DNA from: Eledone cirrhosa
Taxonomy: Eukaryota
DNA: 64,000 nucleotides
Assembly: GCA_964016885.1 (NCBI GenBank)
Contig: OZ024743.1
Span: 83,576,001 to 83,640,000, forward strand
Reading direction: 5' to 3'
A program made the position numbers and the translations under genes. Shown in pieces: positions 29,324 through 41,235 of this stretch; positions within the stretch are counted from its first letter, which is position 1, and each line of letters starts with the position of its first letter. Below the pieces are notes generated by a model. It did not search any database. It was not told the DNA's origin and saw only the letters and a program-made list of their open reading frames with translations.

Positions 29324-29325
<2 letters not shown>
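25316..29325. repeat. Tandem array of a 615-bp unit, about 6.5 copies, bounded by (TA)n
   Basis: ATTAGAAAGATCGAG recurs at about 25318, 25931, 26546, 27161, 27776, 28391 and 29006; only two 1-bp deletions seen, both in copy 1. Confidence 0.97.
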
Positions 29326-29392
<67 letters not shown>

Positions 29393-29396
29393 TATA

Positions 29397-29459
<63 letters not shown>

Positions 29460-29550
29460 CGAAGGAAATGTGGTAAGGAACCGGGTGGACCATAACGCAC
29501 CAAAGTACTCAATACTTGAGGTAGTAGAGTGGGTAATAGGAACCAGTAAG

Positions 29551-29644
29551 ACCCCGACAGCTGAGCTCAAGCCGTTTCGACGGCTAATTCTGGACTAAAT
29601 GAAAATTTATCCTGGTATTTAAATAGCCGATCTTCTCAAGGGGT
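29551..29644 (-). ncRNA. Type I HHR, U3-A8 core variant, in the PLE2 3' pLTR
   Basis: acccc-TTGAGAA-gatcggcta..tagccgtc-GAAA-cggct-tgagctc-agctg-TC-ggggt. Confidence 0.82.
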
Positions 29645-30762
29645 AATTCCATATATGGTCAAAGTGATTGTCAAAAATCAGTAGTAATTCTGTGGTTGCA
29701 AATTAGTAGGGGAGATGGTGGCTAAACCTGCCAGTAGGAGAAAGAGGGGAGGGGTGGAGTAGACCCAATCAAGCGTTGGTAGTGCCAGCTACAGCTGGGC
29801 ATGAGGTCAAAGAAGATACAGGGGAGGGGGAGGGGGAGGAAGTCGGAACGGTAGGTAGAACAATGGGGTGTAGAAATATATAGGAAAGAAAAAAAAAATA
29901 CTGAGAGTGAAGAAAAGCAAATAAGTGTAAAGAAAAAAGTAAAGTAAATTAAATTCTACGACCTAGGTCTCTAGCTATTGTTAGGCTAGAATAAATAAAT
30001 AAAGAAAGAAAGAAAGAAGTAAAGAAAGAAATAAAGAAATAACGAAATAAATAAAAGAACTAGGTGGGACGAAATAGGCAAGGACCCTTTTAAGAGGTAT
30101 AAGTACGTAAATGATACGGTGACGGGTCAACAAAAGGGGCCAAAATACTAAAGAGACTACCACGAAATAAACAATAACGGTTTCCACTCCGGGCACAATG
30201 CCAGCAACCACCCAGTGCAGCAAAGTGAACTAGTACGAGATAATAATTCTGAGTCCCGAGAAAAATATATACTAATGCTAACTCTAAAAGATCTAAAACA
30301 AGCTACATGAAAGTTCGTACGAAGCAAAGGTAGAATACGGAAAAATAAATTCAGAATCCACCCCGCCCAAAAGAAAAGCGAAGAAAGAAACACTGAAACG
30401 AAAAAATAAGGCATAAGTGCCACTAAGAAATATAGAGGGCACAGAGAATAGTGGGAGCGGTCGGAAAAAGGGGACAAGTATCCGGGGTCTAAACCAACTG
30501 CTATAAAGGGCGGAGTCCGCCAAATCTATCATAGACTAGGGGAGGGGGTGGGGGTACTAAGGCTACAAGGGGCCAAAGGGCAGCCTCGGGTGGGCGAGAA
30601 AAGACGCCGACAAAGGAGAAGAGCTGGGGTAGAAGGACTAAGGAGAGAGGGGGGCAGGAAATAAAGGAAGCGATAAAAGAATACAAAGAAGATCTTACGT
30701 CTCCCTTGGCAAGCAGGGGTTACCCATTGCAAAATCGGCAAGTGGGGTGTTATAGCCCTAGT

Positions 30763-31902
30763 CTACCCCCCCCGGTCATTATGGGGTTTGAGGGCGAGGT
30801 AAGTCCTACGCAATCTATGTTTACATGCAGTAACCAGTTCATCTTTCTTGTTTAGGAGTTGGTCCGTCGAAAACAGCATTTGTAAAGTTTCCTCCGAGCA
30901 TAAATTGCACGGACGGCGTCCTCCCGTGTAAGAATTGGCTCTGGACAGTAATCTCCAAGTGAGATCATAGGTGATGTTGTTGTCCCTGAGGTCCCATATG
31001 TGGCCCGAAAGTGTAGTGGCGTGACGCCGGGCCGGGTTTCGGAAGGTATGTCTATGTTGGTATAGCCGGGTCTTGAAGTCACATGCGGTAAGTCCTATAT
31101 AGGCTTTGTTGGAGGTATCCGTCCTCACGTTGCACTGGTAGATCACATTACGGTCTCTGCATCTATTGTCGAGTGGGCAAATAGATCTATCCGGGCAGTT
31201 ACACCTCCTGGTCGGTTCTCCACTGCTATTTAGGTTATTTCTGCCATCGGGGTTGAGTTTTTTGTTGTTAGAGGAGACGATGTTTTGTGCGAAGTTTGGT
31301 GTAGTGCTGTAAGAGAGTTTGATGGTATTTTTGTTAATTAAGTTGTGGTAGCGGTGTTGTAATGGGAAGTGTTTTTCAATGAGCCTAAAGAATAGTTTCC
31401 CGATGGGAGTTGTCACCTCTGCGTTGTGGGGAGGATTGAACCATGTTACATTGCGTGAGCGGCGGTGTCTCCTGCTGGTTCCGCTAATGGGAGCTGGACA
31501 GTAGGATATTTCCTCCCGGAAACCACTCCGCTTGAGGGCCTGGTTGTAATAAGGCGCATGTTCATCGAATATCCGCTCATTAGCTGACAAACGGGATATG
31601 CGGAGGGAGATATTTTTTACCAGGTTGTTTGTGATGTTCCTAGGATGGTTTGATCGGCGGTGGATGTAGTGCAGATTGTCATTAGGTTTCCTGTATGGGT
31701 AGTACAGGTCGTTTTCGAGGTCGAGGGTCACGTCCAGGAAGTTTACTCGGGTCAGGGACGTTTGTAGGGTTATTTTAAATCCCCAGTCGCGGAAGAATCT
31801 GATTAATTGTTTCCGGACCCGATCTGTACTACTGGGGTTGTACCCTTTAAGGGTAAGGAGCCCATCATCACGGTACAATCCACCACCGAATGCAGGAAAC
31901 AT
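30763..31902 (-). CDS. PLE2 RT C-terminal half plus GIY-YIG endonuclease (open frame, 5'-truncated)
   Basis: GLYRDDGL, VNFLDVTLDL, SNHP, TWFNPPHN, CNC..CPL..C, YIGLT..FKTRLYQH, CNLCSEE, LNKKDELVTACKH. Confidence 0.93.
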   Translation of the reverse strand: MFPAFGGGLYRDDGLLTLKGYNPSSTDRVRKQLIRFFRDWGFKITLQTSLTRVNFLDVTLDLENDLYYPYRKPNDNLHYIHRRSNHPRNITNNLVKNISLRISRLSANERIFDEHAPYYNQALKRSGFREEISYCPAPISGTSRRHRRSRNVTWFNPPHNAEVTTPIGKLFFRLIEKHFPLQHRYHNLINKNTIKLSYSTTPNFAQNIVSSNNKKLNPDGRNNLNSSGEPTRRCNCPDRSICPLDNRCRDRNVIYQCNVRTDTSNKAYIGLTACDFKTRLYQHRHTFRNPARRHATTLSGHIWDLRDNNITYDLTWRLLSRANSYTGGRRPCNLCSEETLQMLFSTDQLLNKKDELVTACKHRLRRTYLALKPHNDRGG

Positions 31903-32229
31903 ATCAGTGAGTTTGGCTATTAGGAATAATCCGATAAGACCTATTTGCTTTTCTTCACTCTCAGTATTTTTTTTTTTTTTTCTTCTTTCCTATATATTTC
32001 TACCCCCCATTGTTCTACCTACCGTTCCGACTTCCTCCCCCTCCCCCTCCCCTGTATCTTCTTTGACCTCATGCCCAGCTGTAGCTGGCACTACCAACGC
32101 TTGATTGGGTCTACTCCACCCCCTCCCCTCTTTCTCCTACTGGCAGGTTTAGCCACCATCTCCCCTACTAATTTGCAACCACAGAATTACTACTGATTTT
32201 TGACAATCACTTTGACCATATATGGAATT

Positions 32230-32323
32230 ACCCCTTGAGAAGATCGGCTATTTAAATACCAGGATAAATTTTCATTTAGTCCAGAATTAGCCGTCGAAAC
32301 GGCTTGAGCTCAGCTGTCGGGGT
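32230..32323 (+). ncRNA. Same U3-A8 HHR in the inverted pLTR copy
   Basis: Inverted duplicate of 29551-29644. Confidence 0.8.
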
Positions 32324-32333
32324 CTTACTGGTT

Positions 32334-32369
<36 letters not shown>

Positions 32370-32413
32370 GTATATATATATATGTTACGTGAATGTGTAT
32401 GGATGTATGTATA

Positions 32414-33263
32414 TATCTATATATTAATTTCAATAACGTATCATAATTCTCGATTATCATTGGTTCATAGGTTTCAAACGACTCCGCCCACCTCAACGAC
32501 GCCAAACTTAAATTAATATCCAAAATGCCAATGAGGGAGTGAGAGGGGAGAGTAAGAAACAGAGAGGCAAAGTGAGCGCTGTCACTATTACCATGTGTGT
32601 GTGTGTATGTACGTGCGCGTATGTTTATGTGTGTGTGCGTGCGTGCAGCGTTCCACAGAAAGTAAAAGTATTTCGACTTTATCAAACAGTGAACTACAGC
32701 GGCGACGGCGTGCAGCCAGGAATGAAGAAAAACGGGCCGAACAGCGCCATCGGGACGCCGAACTTCAGAGGCGAAGACGTGTCGCTATGAATGAAGAGGA
32801 GCTGGCTGAACAAGCCAACGAAACACTGAAGCCAAGCAGCAACGGCGTGCTGCGATGGTTGAAGACGAACTGGCTGAGCATCATCTTTTATATTACCGTA
32901 ATTATCTATATCTATATCTACATATAATATAAAAGATTGGAACTTCCATCATCCTTTTGAGAAACGTGGAACAACCACGTCTATGCAATGATATACGTTT
33001 TACAATCAGGCAGAAGATGAACCATCTCCTAGGGGTCACTATTCTAGGTGGGAGCACCTAGAATTGTTCATATACTATGCACAAACGGTACAACAGAGAA
33101 TCTGGTATATCTGGAAGATTTATTTTACTGTTTTCTGTATCACACAGACACCACGGTCTCGTCTCATACTGTAACCAGACAAACATCCAATACAGTCATT
33201 TTATCTTTTACCTGTCTTCTCTTATCATCTGTTTACCCGGGCGAAGCTGGGTACGTCAGCTAG
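32414..33263 (+). mobile_element. Non-autonomous, internally deleted Helitron
   Basis: 5' A|TCTATAT; 3' hairpin ACCCGG-GCGAAG-CTGGGT then CTAG|T; remnants LLRN..PRLCN and SRVGAPRIVHILCTNGTTENLVY (Pif1-like C-terminus); R/E-rich N-terminal-like peptide. A second TC start near 32904 is possible. Confidence 0.75.
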
Positions 33264-33502
33264 TGATTATAATGTTTATATCTGTGCATGTGTAATACGA
33301 GATACATCTTTTAATGTATGATGTTAGATACATATTTTAGTATATTGTAGGTTTTTTTATAGATGTGTATGTATGTGTGTCTATGTACATATATATGTGG
33401 GTGTGTATGTGTGGGTGTATATAGATGATGTATATATGTATATATATATCTGTATAACAATATGTATATATATATATATATGTATATATGTGTGTATGTG
33501 TA

Positions 33503-33575
<73 letters not shown>

Positions 33576-33927
33576 CGGTGCCCCAGCATGGCCTCAGCCG
33601 GATGGCTGAAACAGGTAAAAGAGTATATATATATATATACATTTGTTTATTTTCTATTTACTTATTTTTTTATTTATTTATATGTGTGTATGTATGCATG
33701 CATGTATGTGTATGGATGTATGTATTTGGTTACATTGTTTATATTTGTGCATGTATAACAGGATACATCCTTTCATGGATGACCCTGTATGACCTTTTGT
33801 GCAAATTTATATGACTGTGAGTATATCACATTTGAGTACGGACAGATATATATGTGCGTGTATTTATCTTTGTAGATGTACCTGGACAAGGTGGTAATTG
33901 GGCGCGTATTTGTTTGAATGTATGAGC

Positions 33928-33962
<35 letters not shown>

Positions 33963-34008
33963 TGTACCTAACATAGGGTAAGGGATTGTTTTGGGGTAAG
34001 TTTATGTG

Positions 34009-34064
<56 letters not shown>

Positions 34065-34688
34065 GGGGGGGGGAGGGGCGTAGGGAGTGTGTCTGTCTTT
34101 GTGCTTCCCTATACGAAATAGGCGTGTATATGTGCGTGTGCGTGTCTATGTATATGTCTGTACGTGTTTGTGTATATGAATAGATGTACGCGTACGCATG
34201 TGTGTGTCCTTGTATGCGTGTGCGTGTGTGTGTGTGTGCGCGCGTGTGCGTGCGTGTGAGAGCTGATGTACGAGGGTATGTAGGCAGGCGCCTGTGGACG
34301 CGTATGTTGTTAGTTATATGGTCGTGGGCGTGTGTGGGTGTATGTGAGTGTATGTGTATATGTATATAGGTATGTATATATACATATGTGTGTATATATA
34401 TGTATGTGTATATATGTATGTGTGCGCGTTTGTGTTTATGCGTATGTATATATGTGTGTGTGTGTATTTGTGTGCATATGTGTGTGTGAGTGGACTTGTG
34501 AAATACCAAACCCAGCATGAATTCATTGAAGTGTGTCGGACGAAGAGGAGCTGATGGAGAGTATGGCAGCAAATATTGGCCAGAATTTATGATGACGTAG
34601 AAAAACAACAGCCAACAGCAGGACAAGCGAGGAAGATGTTTTTTGAAGCTAACACCACAGTGAGAAAATTTGTTCCGAAATTATTGCC

Positions 34689-34785
34689 TGTGTCCGACGA
34701 ACCTGCAGTTCTAGAATCAGACAGATCCATACAATGATCGTGTCTCGAGCTGTCTGCCGGCGAAACAATTGTAAAACACAATAAA
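34689..34785 (+). ncRNA. Decayed HHR-like motif (CCGACGA core)
   Basis: tgtgt-CCGACGA-a-cc.gcag..ctgc.gg-c-GAAA-caattg-TA-(aa)acaca, then AATAAA; stem I is offset by 2 nt. Confidence 0.45.
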
Positions 34786-35211
34786 TTGAGTCCAAATGCA
34801 TCACTGATTTTTAGTTTTATATTATATCACACCCAGCTCTGTAAGAACATAGAGTGTTCAACTGGCATAGCTACCATTAAACACACATACACACACACAC
34901 ACACATATATATATATAGGCATTATAATGTCCAGTTACTGTAGGTTCACCAGAGTGAGCACTCCATGCAGTTTCCAGTACGTATATTGGTGTTGTGATAG
35001 CAGAGTATAATAATAATAATAATAAAAAGGACGAGAAGTCCGACGAGGTTTTGATTCTAGAGTCGGGATCGATCGATACACATCGACCCTTGACCTGATC
35101 AATCGCAAAATGCGCGTCACACCTCAATACAGGTAATAAAGATTTAACACCTCACCCTTTTTATTATATATATATATATATTTATAATTACATATATATA
35201 CATATATATAT

Positions 35212-37063
35212 TTATTAAAATAACAGATTAAAGTTTAAGCAAAGAATCGCTGCTTTCACTCTTAACGGGATCTTCTGAAACTAACAAAGTCAATCTGTGA
35301 ACGCAGAAGTGAATATTTCAAAAAACGTTGCAACCGGGGGAAGACAGGAAGACGATACTTTGGTTCGTGGAAACGTTCCATGGCAAAGAACGGGTAAAAC
35401 GAATGAGCAGATATTCGACGAACACGCGCCTCATTACAACCAGGCCCTCAAGCGGAGTGGCTTCCGGGAGGAAATATCATTTTATCCAGCTGCCCTTAGC
35501 GGATCCAGCAGGCGGCTCCGGTGCTCATGCGACGTAACGTGGTTCAATCCTCCCCATAATGCCGAGGTGGCAACACCTATCGGGAAAATCTTCTTTAGAC
35601 TCCTCGAAAAACACTTCCCACTACAACACCGCTACCACAACATAATCAACAAAAAACACCCTCAAACTCTCCTATAGCACCACACCTAACTTCGCACAAA
35701 ATATCGTCTCCTCAAACAACAAAAAACTCAACTCCTATGGAAGAAATAACCTAGACATCAGTGGAGAGCCGACCAGGAGGTGTAACTGCCCTGATAGATC
35801 TACGTGCCCCCTCAACAACAAATGTCGAGAACGTAACGTGATCTACCAGTGCAACGTGAGGACGGACACCTCCGACAAAGCTTATATAGGATTAACCGCG
35901 TGTGACTTCAAGACACCGACATACTTTCCGAAACCCGGTCCGGCGACATGCCACTACACTTTCGGGCCACATCTGGAACCTCCAAGATAATAATATAACC
36001 TACAATCTCACTTGGAGCTTACTGTCCAGAGCTAACTCTTACACGGGAGGACACCGTCCGTGTAACTTATGCTCGGAGGAAACATTACAAATGCTGTTTT
36101 CGAAGGACCAACTCCTAAACAAGAAAGACGAACTGGTAACCGCATGCAAACACAGATTGCGTAGGACTTACCTCGCTCTCAAACCCCAAACGACCCGGGT
36201 GGGTAGACAAGGGCTGATAATCCCCACTTGCCGAATAAGTTAGGGAAAACCCCAGCTTACATAGGTAGATGTATCTCTTTTCTCTTCCTCTTTGTCTTCT
36301 TCTTCCCCCTGTCTCATCCTATCACTTCCTTACACCCCCTATTTTCTTCCTCGTCTGCTTTTTCCCTTTCGCCTACTCCGATGCAGCCCATCGGGCCTCT
36401 GTATCATCAGTTCCCCCACCCCTGTAATTTTAAGATAGAATTGGCCGAATGCGTTTTACTAACTACTTATAGCAGATGTGTTAAAACCCCTTTAATTTTG
36501 TATCAGTTTTGTTACTACTCATTCTACAATTTTTTTCTATTCTCAACTTATTACCCTGTAATTGTAAGATAGCATTGTGATTTTTTTTATTCATTTCTCA
36601 CTATCTAATTTTATATATTTTTTTATTTCTTTCTATTATCTTTTATTGTCTCCTACTCTCATTCGATTTACCTATTCTATAACCTCCCTCCTTCACTTCA
36701 TACACTATCCTTAGAATCTGCTGTATACATATCACCTTCAACGCTTGACCGCTCCACTCACTCCCCTATTGTTGCACAGGCAAGTTCAGCCACCCCTACC
36801 TCCCACCAAATGCCATGATAGACTTATTTGTGTTTACAACAAATTTTAACCAAACCTCTTGACAACTACAATCTTCCCATATAAGGAAGTACCCCCTTGA
36901 CAAGTTCGGCTAAAAATTCTAATTTAATCCAGAAATAGCCGTCGAAACGGCTTGAGCTCTGCCGTCGGGGTCATACTTTTTCCTATTTCCCACTCTACTA
37001 CCCTAATTATTGAGTACTCTGGTGTGTTATGGTCCATCTGGTTCCTTACCACAATTCCTTTAT
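35212..37063 (+). mobile_element. PLE3: 5'-truncated PLE2-family copy whose inverted 5' cap comes from the PLE4 family
   Basis: 35402-36200 encodes NEQIFDEHAPHYNQALKRSG..LNKKDELVTACKH with frameshifts near 35660 and 35915; the 3' end matches the PLE2 terminus; 35212-35404 matches 60107-60300. Confidence 0.9.
36892..36971 (+). ncRNA. U3-A8 HHR in the PLE3 pLTR
   Basis: ccccc-TTGACAA-g..cggcta..tagccgtc-GAAA-cggc-ttgagctct-gccg-TC-ggggt. Confidence 0.8.
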
Positions 37064-37966
37064 TATATATATATATATATATATGTGTGTGGGCGGCGCT
37101 GTACTAATATTTTCCGCCTTCGGGGTTTATATGCCCGACTTATTAGGCTATTTGTCATAGTTAAACAACGTTGTTGCTTCTTTCAAATTCACAAACTTCC
37201 TTAAACGAATCTAAAAATAGATTTTGTGTATGTATATATATATGTACATATATATATATATGTATGCATAAATATATATGTGTATGTATGTATGTATGTA
37301 TGTATGTATGTATGTATGTATGTATGTATGTATGTATGTATGTATGTATGTATGTATGTATGTATATATATATGTGTGTGTGTGGGTGCGTGCGTGTGTG
37401 TATGTATATATATAGGCGCAGGCATGACTACAGAGTTAAAGAGTTCGCTTCGCAATCACATTGATTCAGTTTCACACCCACTTCGTGGCAATCTTTTGTT
37501 TGTATGACCTCGGCTTGAATAATACATTAGGAGTGAAATTGGGAAGACGGAAATTGCTAAAGCCCGTCGAGTATGTATATATATATATGTGTGTGTGGGG
37601 GGGTATGTGTGTGTGCGTGTGTATGAGTGTATGTGTGTGTGTCTATGTGGGTGTGGGTGTATGTGTGTCTATGTGGGTGTGGGTGTATGTGTGTGTGTTT
37701 ACGTTTATGTTTATATCTGTTTACATCCCAAAACGTAACGGTGCGACAAATAAAATTATCGATAGAATAACTACCTCGTTTGAAAAATATGAGTTTCAGT
37801 GCCCCAGCATAGCCGCAGTCTAATACTATTGTTATTGTCGAACCTCCGTAGATTCCGACGACCAATGTTCCGGTTGGTTCAAGCAATGGAACGTCTTGAT
37901 CGTGGTTCACAAAGAGATTCAGCGTGACTCAAAGTGTTTGAAGGCTTGCTCTTTGAATTACATATA

Positions 37967-38744
37967 CAGGGTGTCCATAAAGTCTTTTTACAATTTAAAA
38001 AACTTATTATAAAAGCAAATGAACAGAAAAATATGTGAAAATTGTTAAAAATGAGGAATGGATATTGAAGTTTTTTTAGATTAATTTAATACACCTCTAT
38101 ATGGGCACCACGAAGCACATCAAAACAGTACTCTATTTCTTGCCATGTTTGCTGTACCATAGCCTCATCAATGGTGGCAATAACATCAGTGATCTTTTGA
38201 TTCAGATCAGTGATGTCTCGTATCTTTGTTTGATACACGATATCTTTAACATAACCCAATAGAAAGAACTATGACCTTCAACCAAGCATCATTTGTCAGC
38301 AAGATGGTGCACCACCACATTGAGGACTGCATGTTCGTGGGTTCCTAAATCAAACATTTCCAGAACGGTGGATTGGAAGGGATGGACCAATTCCCTGGCT
38401 ACCTCGTTCACCAGATATCACTCCCCTGCACTTCTTTCTGTGGGGTTATGTTAAAGATATCGTGTATCGAACAAAGATACGGGACATCACTGATCTCAAG
38501 CAAAATATTACTGATGCCATTGCCACCATTGATGAGGCTATGCTACAACGAACATAACAATAAATCAAGTACCGTCTTGATGTGCTTTGTGCAACTCATG
38601 GTGCCCATATAGAGGTATATTAAATTAATTTTTAAAAAACTTCAATATCTGCCCCTCATTTTGTAACAATTTTCACATATTTGTCTGTTCATTTGCTTTT
38701 GTAATAAATTTTTTAAATTGTAAAGAGACTTTATGGACACCCTG
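37967..38744. mobile_element. Tc1/mariner-derived foldback MITE made of two 3' ends
   Basis: TA-CAGGGTGTCCATAAAGTC..GACTTTATGGACACCCTG-TA; ~300-bp arms; internal QQDGAPPH..WIGRDGPIPWLPRSPDITPL.FFLWGYVK. Confidence 0.9.
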
Positions 38745-39093
38745 TATAACTCGTAGTTACCAGTTGAGCAGACTGAGCAACGTGAAATAAAGAATCTTGC
38801 TCAAAGACAAAACGCGCCGTGAATGTATGTATAGTATATTTGGCAATATACTGCTTCCTTAATTAAAAATATCTGAGGCAGGAGAGTGTGTGGTTTTGAT
38901 AAACGCCAACCAGCGAGAAATAGTCTATCAATCACCCTCCCTTACATTCGCCGAAAATAAGTAAGTGACATAGTCACTACTTTAAAACTGATAGCGATTG
39001 GTCTTCTAAATGTTTTTAATTAAACATACGGTATATTGCCAAATATACTATACATACATTCATGTTTACATCGCTATTTCAGAGCACCAATAC

Positions 39094-39136
<43 letters not shown>

Positions 39137-39139
<3 letters not shown>

Positions 39140-40208
39140 ATAATAATAAATGTGAAGACTAAAATCCAAAGAGGGCTCGATAAGGATAAATATATATCAA
39201 ATATATAAGAACCGTAGAGCAAATATTTATTAAATTAACAGATTAAAGTTTAAGCAAAGAATCGCTGCTTTCACCCTTAACGGGATCTTCTGAAACTAAC
39301 AAAGTCAATCTGTGAACGCAGAAGTGAATATTTCAAAAAACGTTGCAACCGGAGGAAGATAGGAAGACGATACTTTGGTTCGTGGAAACGTTCCCTGGCA
39401 AAGAACGGGAAAAAACGAATATAATACGTCATTATTTGGAGCGGTGAAAAACAATTACACGCAAAGACAAAACCACGTTTATGGTATAAAAGAAGTCGTC
39501 GACTAATATTCTATTAGGTGGTTCATAGAGACGCTCTCTGGCAATGAACGGAAAAAACGAAGATAATACGTCATATGTGGAGCGCGGAGAACAATTGCAC
39601 GCAAAGACAAAACCACGTAAATGGTATAACTGAAGTCGTAGAACTGAAAAAAACGAATATAATACGTCATTATTTCTAACTAGGAAACCGAATGATTCTC
39701 GGTTTAATTTTAATTACCTCTGTATTTTATTTACTTTATTCTTAACTCTGAAGCCGAGAATTTTTAGTTAGAATTTTAGTTAGAATTTTAGTTAGAATTT
39801 TAGTCTACGACTTCAGTTATACCATTTATGTGGTTTTGTCTTTGCGCGCAATTGTTCTCCGCGCTCCACATATGACGTATTATCTTCGTTTTTTCCGTTC
39901 ACTGCCAGAGAACGTCTCTATGAACCACCTAATAGAATATTAGTCTACGACTTCTTTTATACCATAAACGTGGTTTTGTCTTTGCGTGTAATTGTTTTTC
40001 ACCGCTCCAAATAATGACATATTATTCGTTTTTTCCCGTTCTTTGCCAGGGACCGTTTCCACGAACCAAAGTATCGTCTTCCTGTCTTCCTCCGGTTGCA
40101 ACATTTTTTGAAATATCCAGTTCTGCGTTTACAGATTGACTTTGTTAGTTTCAGACGATGACGTTAAGGGTGAAATCAGCGATGCTTTGCTTAAACTTTA
40201 ATCTGTTA

Positions 40209-40214
<6 letters not shown>
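39137..40214. mobile_element. ORF-less palindromic PLE4-family element (inverted pLTR fused to direct pLTR) in (TA)n
   Basis: 39137-39702 matches 60024-60410; 39703-40214 matches 62935-63442; HHR-like motifs at 39247-39297 (-) and 40147-40197 (+, decayed). Confidence 0.88.
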
Positions 40215-40244
<30 letters not shown>

Positions 40245-40247
<3 letters not shown>

Positions 40248-41235
40248 ATTATATTGATTAGTTGATTGCTATTTCTTATCAGAAGAGTGTCATCCCTTCA
40301 TTGAACAGTGCACGACCATGTTCACGCAGCTGACTTTTCAGACCACTTTCTGTTTTGCAGGCATTTTCACAGATGTGACACTTGAACTGTCTCTTATCAC
40401 TTATCATTACCGGCTTGGATGTGTCATCATACATTCCACCATGTTTAGTCAGTCTATCAGACTTGCAAATTAAGCCACACTCATTACAAATGTACCGTGG
40501 AGGGAATGGTGGTAGAACCATCTCACAAGTTGCTCGATTTCTCCCTGGCTCCAGTGACTTTATATGGTTGACAAATCCAGCTTTTTATAGAAGAAATCGT
40601 TCACATATATTGCAAATTATTCCAGTTGGATTTTTGCAGGCACTACACTTGGGTCCCGCTTACAGAGTGAACGCTCCAAAGCAGCATGCTCAACTCTATT
40701 TTTCTCAAAGACATCACATCCTTATGTGATCATTCTCCATGATGTATGGCCTTCAGTCAAGGCCTCCCAGTTCTCAATATCAATCTTCAGAGCTTTAACA
40801 TTGACTTTTATGACGTCTGTAAACCACTTCTTTGGTTTATACTGTGGCCTTTTTCTTCTGGTCAACTCCCCATAAAATAACTGTTTAGACAGCCTTCCAG
40901 TGTTTATCCTGACCACATGACTAGCCCAACGCATCTGGTTCAAAATAATTCTCCTCTCAATATTGGTACTGTCCGCTTTCTCAAGTACAGTAGCATCCGC
41001 ATTGCAGGGCTGTAAGAACACAGACCTCATGCATAGAGAGCTTTGTGTCTCGTGATACCCAGACTCGTTTCTCAAGCTTCCCGAAGGCAAGACTCGCTTT
41101 CGCAATCATGTGATTTATTTCAGCATCGAGGGTACTATCTCTACTAAGTGTACTTCCGAGACACACAAAACTGTCCAACACTTCAAGTTTGTTTCCTTTC
41201 ACGAAAATATTATACCGCACAATAAGGCAAGTTTT
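40245..41235 (-). pseudogene. RTE-clade LINE 3' part (RT C-terminus plus C2H2 fingers)
   Basis: LEVLDSFVCLGSTLS..AFGKLEKRVW, QMRWASHVVR..KQLFYGEL, CNECGLICKS..H, CHICENACKTESGLKSQLREH. Confidence 0.85.

Larger units (their letters stand above)
29458..32337 (-). mobile_element. PLE2: 5'-truncated Naiad-type PLE with an inverted partial pLTR, inserted in (TA)n
   Basis: About 31943-32337 is the near-perfect reverse complement of about 29536-29922; TA runs on both sides. Confidence 0.93.

Noticed and set aside
35038-35080. CCGACGA plus a 12-bp hairpin
   Set aside because: Followed by GATC rather than GAAA, with no stem I.
40279-40521. Host C2H2 zinc-finger gene
   Set aside because: Contiguous and co-oriented with the RTE RT C-terminus, so treated as part of the LINE.
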